Below are positions 1 through 7,556 of a stretch of 19,746 nt of DNA, one piece after another. The translations under genes and the position numbers were made by a program. Source of the stretch: a virus (Duplodnaviria > Heunggongvirae > Uroviricota > Caudoviricetes). Every line of letters starts with the position of its first letter. The first letter of the stretch is position 1. Where the stretch lies: positions 1-19,746 of the IMG/VR virus record IMGVR_UViG_2671180921_000033; one strand, written 5' to 3'. The notes under the pieces are model-generated. The model was not told where the DNA came from. It did no database searches and worked only from the letters and a program-made list of their open reading frames with translations.

Positions 1-312
1 CAGCTCAATTTCATCCATATCGGGAAACTCTGTTTCATCCGGATGAAACTCAAAATCATGCATGAGCTCACGGTATCTTGCGGCCTGAGATTCACACAGC
101 AGCGCATTTCTTGCGGGACGAAGTGTGAGCGCGGTGAAAGCAACAATGATGACCACCAGCCCCTGTAACGCGGTATTACCCACATCTGCCAGAGCAAGCC
201 CACCAGCCAGCGTCAGAATAAAATAAAGCAGATATTCCAGCCTTCGGTACAGGGTCGCCATCATCGTTTCAAGATGAAAGGAATAGCGAACGTCAAACGA
301 CACATTACGCAT
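1..312 (-). CDS. Hypothetical protein, N-terminal 104 codons only (runs off the left edge); hydrophobic stretch suggests a membrane protein
   Basis: ATG at 312 on the minus strand with no stop through position 1. Translation begins MRNVSFDVRYSFHLETMMATLYRRLEYLLYFILTLAGGLALADV. Not in the ORF track because it is truncated. No family recognised. Confidence 0.4.
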   Translation of the reverse strand, partial: MRNVSFDVRYSFHLETMMATLYRRLEYLLYFILTLAGGLALADVGNTALQGLVVIIVAFTALTLRPARNALLCESQAARYRELMHDFEFHPDETEFPDMDEIEL

Positions 313-345
313 TGCGAATAACCTACATAAACGGTAATTGCGGAA

Positions 346-371
346 ACAAAAAAGGCCCGCCGAAGCGAGCC
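346..371 (-). terminator. Rho-independent terminator closing the tRNA operon
   Basis: Minus strand reads GGCTCGC-TTCG-GCGGGCC followed by TTTTTTGTTT, directly downstream of the tRNA-Gly 3' end. Confidence 0.5.
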
Positions 372-383
372 TGATGATAAATC

Positions 384-458
<75 letters not shown>

Positions 459-461
459 ATA

Positions 462-537
<76 letters not shown>

Positions 538-603
538 GTTGGTTCCTCGGGTGTGAGTGAGATGCCCGGACGCGTAATTTGCCCTTCCCTCGGAACCGCA
601 GAG

Positions 604-631
604 ATAATACAAATAAATAACAAGAATTCAA
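604..631 (-). promoter_or_regulatory. Candidate sigma70 promoter for the tRNA-Thr/tRNA-Gly operon
   Basis: Minus strand TTGAAT - 16 nt - TATTAT with an AT-rich upstream tract, about 60 nt upstream of the tRNA-Thr 5' end. Confidence 0.4.
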
Positions 632-727
632 TATTTGCTTATTCGTCTGTCGAAAAAGCCAGCAAGCTGAAAGACCGGTATTCGCAACCACCAGCGCGTT
701 TAATGTTCTGTGCTGTTTTTCGGGCAC

Positions 728-748
728 AAAAAACCCGCCAGTGGCGGG
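728..748 (-). terminator. Rho-independent terminator downstream of the MazF-like gene
   Basis: Minus strand hairpin CCCGCCACTGGCGGG followed by TTTTTT. Confidence 0.45.
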
Positions 749-771
749 GATCTTTTGATAAAAACGACAAA

Positions 772-793
772 GGCACCATCAAGGTGCCTTTTA
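772..793. terminator. Second hairpin terminator, bidirectional-looking
   Basis: GGCACC-ATCAA-GGTGCC followed by TTTTAC on plus; on minus the same hairpin is followed by TTTGTCGTTTTT. Confidence 0.35.
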
Positions 794-931
794 CACAGGG
801 GCAGCAGGCTTGTCATCACCTTATTGCTACTCCTGGCTTCCTGTTCGGAAGTCTCACAAGTCCCATCAGGGTACAGCGACAGTATCAGTCAACACACTAT
901 GTGTGTCAATATAAATTCATATCGAATTCGA

Positions 932-1333
932 TTATCGATACAGATAAGCCATCCCTATCCCGTGCAATACCGCCCGTTTAATATTCTCAAACTCATCTTC
1001 CGCGATCATAGGAACAATATAATTTCGCCCTTCCCAGGTTCTGGTTTTTATGCGATCCAGTCGGCTCAATGAAACCGTCATCAACATGTCACATTTTACC
1101 CAACAAGTAATATGCTCATTACCAGGAATGGGGTTTTCTGATAACTCATGATGGCAATCTCTGCGAGGGATCGGTTCAGTAGTGCTTATTGGTACCACTG
1201 TTACCAATTGATTGTTGTGTCTGTTTCTGGACACGACTACCACTGGCCTGACCTTGACTATTTCAGGAACAACCATTCCCCGAAAATCACACATTAAAAC
1301 AGAACGAACAGACGGCTGATACTTTAACACCAT
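932..1333 (-). CDS. MazF/PemK-like toxin (putative endoribonuclease), apparently without an adjacent antitoxin gene
   Basis: Translation from ATG at 1333: MVLKYQPSVRSVLMCDFRGMVVPEIVKVRPVVVVSRNRHNNQLVTVVPISTTEP... The pattern (RP-hydrophobic-VVS, NN, VVPITT) is typical of the MazF/PemK/Kid fold. The ORF-track version starts 26 codons upstream at a GTG. Confidence 0.5.
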   Translation of the reverse strand: MVLKYQPSVRSVLMCDFRGMVVPEIVKVRPVVVVSRNRHNNQLVTVVPISTTEPIPRRDCHHELSENPIPGNEHITCWVKCDMLMTVSLSRLDRIKTRTWEGRNYIVPMIAEDEFENIKRAVLHGIGMAYLYR

Positions 1334-1436
1334 AAATCTCTTTGCCTGATAATGACGACTTGTGAACTCCACTACAAACAAAATGATTCTGCTGAACAGG
1401 CAGTTCCGCACTGTGCATTATAACCTGTTAAGCCAA

Positions 1437-1460
1437 CAAAAAAACCCGCTCGGCGGCGGG
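1437..1460 (-). terminator. Rho-independent terminator after the ORF6N antirepressor-like gene
   Basis: Minus strand CCCGC-CGCCGA-GCGGG followed by TTTTTTTG. Confidence 0.55.
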
Positions 1461-1538
1461 TTTAAGCTGTGTGGCGTAGTAACCACTCTTAACAGGATAT
1501 TCAACTTTTTACGATCGTAAAGCGTTCAGGAAAAATTT

Positions 1539-2099
1539 TTAAAGCCGCATCAGTCGTTCCACCAGCTGATCTTTACGGGCAACGATCCAGCCGCGTTGTT
1601 CCAGATAAAATTTGAACCGTTCCAGAGTGCATACCATCGCATCGGCGGGCACTTTTTCCGCGAAGTCGACCTGACCGTGTTTATCGAAGTGGATCAGTAA
1701 TGCGCATCCATCATTTTCGGTGGGGGAGCTTTGTTTTGCTGGTGGCTGTTTCTGGCTGAAATAACAGTCTTCCAGTTTTTCGAACACTTCCCATGCCTGA
1801 TCGGTTTCGAGCATTTTGGCGTGGCGTGCTGCGCCTCGTTCTGTCCAGAGGACGAGGGAGCGGGCGCGTTTTGCAACTGACTTACTATCTGTAAGCCTGT
1901 TCTTGAATTCTCTTAGCTCCGTACCTTCGATTTTAAAAAAATGCTTACCTTCAATAAACCGCTCCCGATTCCGGGTATGGTTCACCTGAATATTTATAGC
2001 CTCAGTACCATATAGCTGAGCAAGTAGTTCGGTAGTGATAACGGGGATCTGGTTGTGGGTGATTGCAGGAAGAGTGTTGACAGAAATTTGAACAGTCAT
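1539..2099 (-). CDS. Phage antirepressor-like protein, ORF6N/KilA-N-type N-terminal domain plus a C-terminal domain shared with the Rha protein at 14908..15462
   Basis: N-terminus PVITTELLAQLYGTEAINIQVNHTRNRERFIEGKHFFKIEGTELREFKN matches the ORF6N-domain pattern. C-terminus LLIHFDKHGQVDFAEKVPADAMVCTLERFKFYLEQRGWIV parallels LVVHFDEHGNIRFTETVPDGALVCTLDTFRFYLEKQGWTLV in the Rha ORF. SD GAGGTCG precedes the ATG. Confidence 0.75.
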   Translation of the reverse strand: MTVQISVNTLPAITHNQIPVITTELLAQLYGTEAINIQVNHTRNRERFIEGKHFFKIEGTELREFKNRLTDSKSVAKRARSLVLWTERGAARHAKMLETDQAWEVFEKLEDCYFSQKQPPAKQSSPTENDGCALLIHFDKHGQVDFAEKVPADAMVCTLERFKFYLEQRGWIVARKDQLVERLMRL

Positions 2100-2260
2100 A
2101 ACGACCTCGCGTTTCGATAATTTTTACCTCACCACCGTCAGGTTCCAATCATCGGGTGGCGAACTGTGCAGGGTTGGAACTACCGGTCGAAACATCCGGC
2201 GCACCTTTCGGTGCCCCCACACAGTCCACCATAAATCGCGAATGTGACTGTGCTTAGCGC

Positions 2261-2283
2261 ATAAAAAAACCGCCAGCGCGGTT
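2261..2283 (-). terminator. tR'-like intrinsic terminator downstream of the late promoter
   Basis: Minus strand AACCGC-GCTG-GCGGTT followed by TTTTTTTA, about 75 nt downstream of the candidate PR' start. Confidence 0.6.
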
Positions 2284-2343
2284 ATGCACCGTTTCGATAT
2301 CCGGGGTTCCAATCCCGACGCCAGATTTTGCTGACGCGTGAGG

Positions 2344-2373
2344 AATATAGCCCCGGACAATGTGTCTGGTCAA
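2344..2373 (-). promoter_or_regulatory. PR'-like late promoter (candidate Q-utilisation region) immediately downstream of the Q gene
   Basis: Minus strand TTGACC - 17 nt - CTATAT starts 5 nt after the Q stop codon. The position is as in lambdoid PR'/qut/tR' modules. Confidence 0.45.
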
Positions 2374-2377
2374 GCAC

Positions 2378-2764
2378 CTACATAATTCGTTCTACGTATC
2401 TGTCCATCTCCAGCCGGATATCAAGCATCATCAACATGCCATCGATAACCCCTTCCGCTTTCTGCAGGCGCTTGCCAATACAGGTATCCGAACACCCATG
2501 CTTTCGTGCCAGTCCCATAAAAGTCATTCCACCTACGTAATAATCCACCAACAAATCGTGCAAATCCTGATTTTTCTTGTTCAACCGGGCCATACAGCCA
2601 CAAATTATCATTGCATCATTATCAGAACACTGAGGACGTGATTTCACTTTCGGCGGGATTAATCCTTTAAAACCAGCAGCGATTGACGCCCATGACACAT
2701 CTTCGTGGTTGTTTGCAGCCCATGCCCCCCACCGCTCCATCACCTGCTGAATATCACGCACCAT
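2378..2764 (-). CDS. Late-gene antiterminator Q (phage antitermination protein Q family)
   Basis: Translation [61 protein letters not shown]...DIRLEMD closely resembles, from memory, the Q homologues of E. coli cryptic prophages (QuuD-type). ATG at 2764; the ORF-track version starts at the GTG at 2773. Confidence 0.75.
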   Translation of the reverse strand: MVRDIQQVMERWGAWAANNHEDVSWASIAAGFKGLIPPKVKSRPQCSDNDAMIICGCMARLNKKNQDLHDLLVDYYVGGMTFMGLARKHGCSDTCIGKRLQKAEGVIDGMLMMLDIRLEMDRYVERIM

Positions 2765-3131
2765 CGTTATCACCTGTAATTTCGTAAACCTTCACACCCA
2801 GCCGACCACCAGGAACGACCTGACCGCGCACTATATTGATTTCATCAAACTGCTCGTCGTCTATGAGTAGTCCTGCATGGGTCAGTGCATCCAGTGGTGC
2901 TTTCAACAGATTGTCCAGGTCACGACGGCGCTTATCCGGTGGCTCCACAATCATCTTTATCGCCAGCCTTCCGGACAGGTTTAATTTCAGCCACTGCTGG
3001 CGAACAATTAGCGCCACATCACGGCGATAACGCTTTCCTGCTTCCGAGATGAAATACGTATTGCCATGACGTCGCCAGTAGGTATTCACCGTCGGCGGGT
3101 AAGGCAAAACAAATTCTATGCGTTCAGTCAT
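2754..3131 (-). CDS. rusA: RusA Holliday-junction resolvase
   Basis: Translation [43 protein letters not shown]...[29 protein letters not shown] carries the RusA hallmark motifs (PP-NxYx[11 protein letters not shown]). Its start abuts the DUF968 stop. Confidence 0.8.
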   Translation of the reverse strand: MTERIEFVLPYPPTVNTYWRRHGNTYFISEAGKRYRRDVALIVRQQWLKLNLSGRLAIKMIVEPPDKRRRDLDNLLKAPLDALTHAGLLIDDEQFDEINIVRGQVVPGGRLGVKVYEITGDNDGA

Positions 3132-4187
3132 TCATGCTTTCCACTTCAGGACACCCGAATTTCTCGCGTGCATTAAAAAACGAATCAGCAACAACAGCTG
3201 GCTGCCGTGTTTTTCTTCAAAATCTTTTACCCCGGCGTGCAGTTCGTTATGACATTTACGGCACAGCGGAATAACAAACAAATCATCAGCCTTTGTTCCC
3301 ATCCCTCCCAGTCCATGACCAATGATGTGATGCGGATCATCTGCCTGATTACCGCACGTCATGCATTTCTGCGTTTTTACCCAGCGCGTGTATACAGGCA
3401 TCTCTTCCCGTTGTGGTTTCTGGCGCTGGAGATACTGAGCCGGAGAATCCGGATCAACGGCAATGCTGACCACCGTCTTTTCCTGTGGCGGGTTTTGCTG
3501 GTGGGCGTGAGGCAGCGGCGCAAGATTTTTTGTGCGCTGCTTCAGTATGCTGGTGGCTGTCTGTTCTCCCGGTATGATGTCGCTTTCGCGGTACACCGAG
3601 CGGATTTTTTCCGCACGCAATCCCAGCGAACGACGCAATACCGCTTCCGGTAGCGCGTCCGCCACCTGATTGCGGACCGCCCACCAGGATAATTCAGCCA
3701 GAGATAATTCACGCTCCTGCGTACCGCTTATTGCGTGACCGATGACGTCAATCATCCATGCTGACAGGTTTTGATGAGCAAGTTGCTCGAGTGATTCGGC
3801 TGTCTGGTCACGCAACTGGTTGTCGCAGTGCCAGCACAACACCATCGCGCCGGTACCGTAACGATGTATGACGGTTTCGCTGTGGTGATAATCGCCGTGT
3901 GGCCACTGGCAGGATTTAATATGGCGCAACAGCCAGTCAGACAATGCGCCAGCGCCGCCAGCAGCACGAATCACCCGTGCGTTACTGAAAAACGGCAGCA
4001 ATGTTTTGTCTTCCACCAGTGGCTGGCGAACGGCGGGAACGACCCCGGACGGCAGATTACGCATGCTTTTCGGTTCAGGCTCCACCAGCACACGCCCCTG
4101 CATAAACAAAGGCATCGCATCAGGACCGGGCCTGAAAAGTACAATCCCCAGGCGGTGAGCAATTTCAGGAGTCACTAATACCCTCAC
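3132..4187 (-). CDS. DUF968-like prophage protein with a C-terminal HNH-like Cys/His motif
   Basis: 351 codons with a GTG start preceded by SD GGAGG. C-terminal CMTCGNQADDPHHIIGHGLGGMGTKADDLFVIPLCRKCHNELH. Size and position next to Q resemble YdfU-type prophage genes, as far as I recall. Confidence 0.55.
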   Translation of the reverse strand: MRVLVTPEIAHRLGIVLFRPGPDAMPLFMQGRVLVEPEPKSMRNLPSGVVPAVRQPLVEDKTLLPFFSNARVIRAAGGAGALSDWLLRHIKSCQWPHGDYHHSETVIHRYGTGAMVLCWHCDNQLRDQTAESLEQLAHQNLSAWMIDVIGHAISGTQERELSLAELSWWAVRNQVADALPEAVLRRSLGLRAEKIRSVYRESDIIPGEQTATSILKQRTKNLAPLPHAHQQNPPQEKTVVSIAVDPDSPAQYLQRQKPQREEMPVYTRWVKTQKCMTCGNQADDPHHIIGHGLGGMGTKADDLFVIPLCRKCHNELHAGVKDFEEKHGSQLLLLIRFLMHARNSGVLKWKA

Positions 4188-4188
4188 G

Positions 4189-4467
4189 TTACCTCCAGAT
4201 CCGTTGCTGGAATGTGCGGGACGGACGCGGTGGGCGCTCGGAGTACGGCAGCCTGACGGAGATTATCCAGTGTCGGAAGTCAAGACTGAGGTCTTTCCTG
4301 ACCTCGCGTCCGCGCCTGCGATAACACTGAATCAGCCACTCGGCCTGTTCTTCAGTGCATGGTGGGTGTTGGTACCAGTCGGTTTTAAATGCGTGAAAAC
4401 GCCGTCCGTGCATGCTGGCAAAGACGGCTGAATTATCAGGATTGTGTAGTCTGGAATTTTGCGCCAT
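4189..4467 (-). CDS. Hypothetical nin-region protein (92 aa)
   Basis: Intact ORF, co-oriented with and separated by 1 nt from the DUF968 gene. No family recognised. Confidence 0.4.
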   Translation of the reverse strand: MAQNSRLHNPDNSAVFASMHGRRFHAFKTDWYQHPPCTEEQAEWLIQCYRRRGREVRKDLSLDFRHWIISVRLPYSERPPRPSRTFQQRIWR

Positions 4468-4587
4468 CGGTTGTCTCTGCTGGCGCAGCAGGTGCCAGTT
4501 GTTCAGACTGGCGTGACAGATTATAACTCATAAAGAATAAAAATGACAAAATCTGCCAAAAAATAAAAATACGAAAAACAAGTTCTG

Positions 4588-4920
4588 TTACGACACCTTC
4601 CTGAAAATTGCCAGCGGTGTCATACCATAGGAAGTTCCTCTCCTCCCAATCATTTCCCGAATACCTTCAAGCATATAATCTATTGCAGATCTGATTTCGT
4701 TAGAAGGAATTTCTGGCTCTGAAACAGTCTCGTCACTTATATCCGGGAGCGCATCTATAACACCGATGACATACCATTCACCACGTATTCTTGAACCATA
4801 CTTTAATGCAAGATTTCCCACATCCAAAGCTAAATCATCAGCCTTGACCGACATCCAGAATATATTTTCTTGATCATCAAGAAGCTCTATCTGTGTAGAG
4901 AACGGGAGTAAAGAAAACAT
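4588..4920 (-). CDS. Hypothetical protein (110 aa), third gene of an AT-rich 3-gene cassette
   Basis: ORF starts 13 nt after the stop of the upstream gene. Acidic protein (MFSLLPFSTQIELLDDQENIFWMSVKADDLALDVGNL...). No family recognised. Confidence 0.5.
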   Translation of the reverse strand: MFSLLPFSTQIELLDDQENIFWMSVKADDLALDVGNLALKYGSRIRGEWYVIGVIDALPDISDETVSEPEIPSNEIRSAIDYMLEGIREMIGRRGTSYGMTPLAIFRKVS

Positions 4921-4933
4921 GTTAGCAGCAATT

Positions 4934-5416
4934 TTAGTATGATAAATTTCTTCTTGAATGTTTTTTTTTCTGATTTGGTGATTTAGTCTGCTTTAGCTCT
5001 TTTCGTTTTGCATCTTTATACATAGGAAAAACATCATGAGCCATTTTCACATCAAATAATTTGATATGCCCTTTTACCATCACCAGACTTCCAATTTCTG
5101 CATTTTCTAAGCTCGTTGCCACCAAGCCTTGTTCGTGCAACTTATCAAAAAAATTTAATGGTAAAGACCATGATGAGTCAAAATGCCGCTCTTGCGTTCT
5201 TGCAAAAGAATCACCCGCATTTTTCCTGGCATTAAATAATGAAACGCCACCTTTAAGTTCATTTAATGAATGCTCAGAACTGGACGAGATTTGTTTTACA
5301 GCATTCAATACTCCCGATGGAAATAATTGCGCAGTGAAGTAACCTACGCGCTCTTTGTCAAGATAAAGGTAATCAAATAGTGAATCTACAGCTTGACAAT
5401 CTTGATCCATTGGCAT
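4934..5416 (-). CDS. Hypothetical protein (about 160 aa), second gene of the AT-rich 3-gene cassette
   Basis: Start ATGCCAATGG preceded by SD AAAGAGGTG, overlapping the upstream small ORF by 44 nt. Lys-rich C-terminal tail. No family recognised. Confidence 0.5.
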   Translation of the reverse strand: MPMDQDCQAVDSLFDYLYLDKERVGYFTAQLFPSGVLNAVKQISSSSEHSLNELKGGVSLFNARKNAGDSFARTQERHFDSSWSLPLNFFDKLHEQGLVATSLENAEIGSLVMVKGHIKLFDVKMAHDVFPMYKDAKRKELKQTKSPNQKKKHSRRNLSY

Positions 5417-5552
5417 GCACCTCTTTGATCCTTGCTTTTTCCTCAGCAATTTTTCTTTGCTTTTCTTCGATTTCATCATACATCAATTGCATTTCAGCGA
5501 TGTCGAACGGCTTTGAACCACTTTTAAGCGATCTCACCAGTTTGCGGATCAT
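5373..5552 (-). CDS. Small hypothetical protein (59 aa), first gene of the AT-rich 3-gene cassette
   Basis: ATG at 5552 preceded by SD AGAGGGGA. Translation MIRKLVRSLKSGSKPFDIAEMQLMYDEIEEKQRKIAEEKARIKEV. Below the ORF-track length cutoff. Confidence 0.35.
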   Translation of the reverse strand: MIRKLVRSLKSGSKPFDIAEMQLMYDEIEEKQRKIAEEKARIKEVHANGSRLSSCRFTI

Positions 5553-5692
5553 TGCGTATCCCCTCTTAAATATCGTTCAAATTATGTTCAAACAAATTCT
5601 CAAACACAACAATGTGATACATCAATGTTTGGGTGCGTTGAGGATGCCTGACACATCAGAGGTGGCGAGGGATTTCTCCCCCGCCAGGTCTC

Positions 5693-5848
5693 TTACTCCT
5701 CAGGTTCGTAAGCTGTGAAGACAGCGACCTCCGTCTGGCCGGTTCGGATTCGTACCTCGCAGAGGTCTTTCCTCGTTACCAGTGCCGTCACAATGACGGT
5801 TAAACAGATGACGATCAGGGCGATTAACATCGCCTTTTGCTGCTTCAT
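5693..5848 (-). CDS. hok: Hok/Gef-family type I toxin
   Basis: Translation MKQQKAMLIALIVICLTVIVTALVTRKDLCEVRIRTGQTEVAVFTAYEPEE (51 aa) has the Hok signature: TM helix then RK-LCE-R-G-EVAAF. SD AAGGAGAAG precedes the ATG. Confidence 0.8.
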   Translation of the reverse strand: MKQQKAMLIALIVICLTVIVTALVTRKDLCEVRIRTGQTEVAVFTAYEPEE

Positions 5849-5894
5849 AGCCTGCTTCTCCTTGCCTTTCGGCACGTAAGAGGCTAACATCCAT
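5700..5894 (-). CDS. mok-like overlapping reading frame (translational coupler for hok)
   Basis: 64-codon frame starting at ATG 5894 and overlapping hok almost entirely, as in hok/mok/sok loci. Start choice within the 107-codon ORF-track frame is uncertain. Confidence 0.35.
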   Translation of the reverse strand: MDVSLLRAERQGEAGYEAAKGDVNRPDRHLFNRHCDGTGNEERPLRGTNPNRPDGGRCLHSLRT

Positions 5895-5965
5895 ATGTCT
5901 AGCATGAAATTGGCCTAAGTTTAATATTAAACGTCTTGCGGGACGCGTAATGTTAACTGGGCTTT
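5895..5965 (+). ncRNA. Possible Sok-like antisense RNA (approximate coordinates)
   Basis: Candidate plus-strand promoter TTGCCT - 17 nt - TAACAT (5862..5890) facing into the hok/mok leader. Ends not defined; inferred from hok/sok architecture. Confidence 0.2.
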
Positions 5966-6245
5966 TCTCTATCTGCCGTTGGTGTTCATGCCCGAGGCAG
6001 ATAGCCTCAAGCACACGCAGCAATTTTACTTAACTATTTTTCCGAAAAATTAATTATTACTAATGCATAGTTTATAAATCACACGATGATATTATAAATC
6101 TAGTGTAAGGGAACATTTAAGTTAAGAATCACATTTTACTAGCCAAAAACATAAAACAGATCTCTTAATAATAAGCAGCTTTTATATAAAAACCACGATG
6201 TGTTTTCATAATAATATGCAGTACCAGCTACTCAGCAATATGAGG

Positions 6246-6764
6246 TTATTCAGTCAAGCTTTTGCGCCCGTACGCACTTCTCAAACTTGCACATGTTTCT
6301 CTAATCCTAACAATTTGCATACAATCAGGTCTTAGAGGTCGGTTGTGAACATCACTATCATATGTCATGGCTTGGCGTAATTCCTTAAACAATTTTGCCT
6401 TATATTTTTCACCACCGGCCCTTTCAATTTCTTTAGCGATAGTAGTTAAACTCTTAACCTCCCTACTCATTTTTGCTAACGCCAGTGTAGGTTCTTTATT
6501 ATTATCTTCAGCCCAGAACTCTAAGGCAAAATCCTCAAGCAACTCCAGTTTTTGTCTAAACTCACCGATCCATTCATTATGAGCATCTTTAATAGCATCT
6601 CCTCTACTTTTTGTGGTTTGGAGATAAGCAATATATGCCGTAATCCCCCATCCAACTAAAACTAAAAACCAAGTTACATACTGATTTTCATCTTTAAACA
6701 AAGAAAAAAACTTACACCAAAAGTCTGCACTCCAAGTACAGACCTGGATACTTGAATTAGCCAT
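6246..6764 (-). CDS. Single-pass membrane protein (172 aa), fourth gene of the STAS/GHKL cassette
   Basis: Hydrophobic helix WFLVLVGWGITAYIAYL near the N-terminus, followed by a charged helical region. Its start overlaps the upstream gene stop as ATGGCTAA. Confidence 0.55.
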   Translation of the reverse strand: MANSSIQVCTWSADFWCKFFSLFKDENQYVTWFLVLVGWGITAYIAYLQTTKSRGDAIKDAHNEWIGEFRQKLELLEDFALEFWAEDNNKEPTLALAKMSREVKSLTTIAKEIERAGGEKYKAKLFKELRQAMTYDSDVHNRPLRPDCMQIVRIRETCASLRSAYGRKSLTE

Positions 6765-7071
6765 GAGATACCTTTATAGCGTCCTCGATATATTCATTTA
6801 TCTCGTCAATTAACTCAGGTTCTTCTTCTGAGATAAATTTAATCCCTTTAACCTTATCAGGACTCACGCCACGCCTAATCAATCCGCCAAAGCACTCCTC
6901 CAAGAAAGAAGAACCATACCCCTCCGTTCCATCAAGGTCTATTGTTAGATCTGGTGAATGTTTAAGCTCTCTTTCTACCCACTCACGAAACTCCTCACCA
7001 GAAGCGGGCCCCAATCTTTTAAAACGAGGTCCTGGGCAAGGATAACGACTGGCTACTTTTATAATTTTCAT
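6757..7071 (-). CDS. Small STAS-like (DUF4325-like) protein, 104 aa
   Basis: ATG at 7071, 1 nt after the GHKL gene stop. Segment DLTIDLDGTEGYGSSFLEECFGGLIRRG resembles the STAS-like core of anti-sigma-antagonist-type proteins. The domain call is by eye. Confidence 0.45.
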   Translation of the reverse strand: MKIIKVASRYPCPGPRFKRLGPASGEEFREWVERELKHSPDLTIDLDGTEGYGSSFLEECFGGLIRRGVSPDKVKGIKFISEEEPELIDEINEYIEDAIKVSHG

Positions 7072-7072
7072 A

Positions 7073-7552
7073 CTACTCAGTTTCCACCTCACAAGGAATT
7101 GTCCATTCAATTATAGTACCATTAACAGAGCTTTTGTAATCTCTAAGCACTTCGTTAATAATGCCAGTTTTCCCTTTGTAAATATAGCGCCCTTTTGATG
7201 AAAAAATCCCCATAAAACCATCACCTATTGAATCGATTACCGATTTGATATCATTCAAGCCTTTACCTCGGTTCAGCTCCCCAGTCCTCGTTTCCTGAAG
7301 TAACGTGGAAGCCTTTATATAAGTAGAATCCTTTACATTTGCTAATGGAACTCTAAGTTTTTTGAAGATGTTCATTAGCACACTTACACCTTGTGTTTTA
7401 GGCAATGTTGAAGGTATTCCCACTCCTTTATCACATATTACCACTGTAAGATTTTTGTCATGTATGCCAGCAAAGGTCCACCACTTAGCTGTTTCGTCAT
7501 CTTCCGTATGCATTAAATCATCAACATAAGCATGCTCGACAGAATTAGACAT
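7073..7552 (-). CDS. GHKL-family ATPase, anti-sigma-factor/serine-kinase-like (159 aa)
   Basis: Bergerat-fold motifs in order: N-box NSVEHAY, G1 VVICDKGVGIP, G2 RGKGLNDI, G3 NGTIIEW. Size similar to RsbW/SpoIIAB-type kinases. Confidence 0.65.
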   Translation of the reverse strand: MSNSVEHAYVDDLMHTEDDETAKWWTFAGIHDKNLTVVICDKGVGIPSTLPKTQGVSVLMNIFKKLRVPLANVKDSTYIKASTLLQETRTGELNRGKGLNDIKSVIDSIGDGFMGIFSSKGRYIYKGKTGIINEVLRDYKSSVNGTIIEWTIPCEVETE

Positions 7553-7556
7553 GGCC

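Noticed and set aside
553-1072. Plus-strand ORFs 553..981 and 710..1072 from the ORF track
   Set aside because: They run across the tRNA promoter/leader and both terminator hairpins and overlap the MazF-like gene on the other strand; no ribosome-binding site and odd composition.
2124-2360. 78-aa minus-strand ORF between Q and the antirepressor-like gene
   Set aside because: It spans the PR'-like promoter and tR' hairpin. The homologous leader at 14611..14907 is conserved at nucleotide level but not in this frame, so the region is regulatory/RNA rather than coding.
3207-4178. Plus-strand ORFs opposite the DUF968 gene
   Set aside because: Antisense to a long intact minus-strand ORF in an otherwise co-oriented operon.
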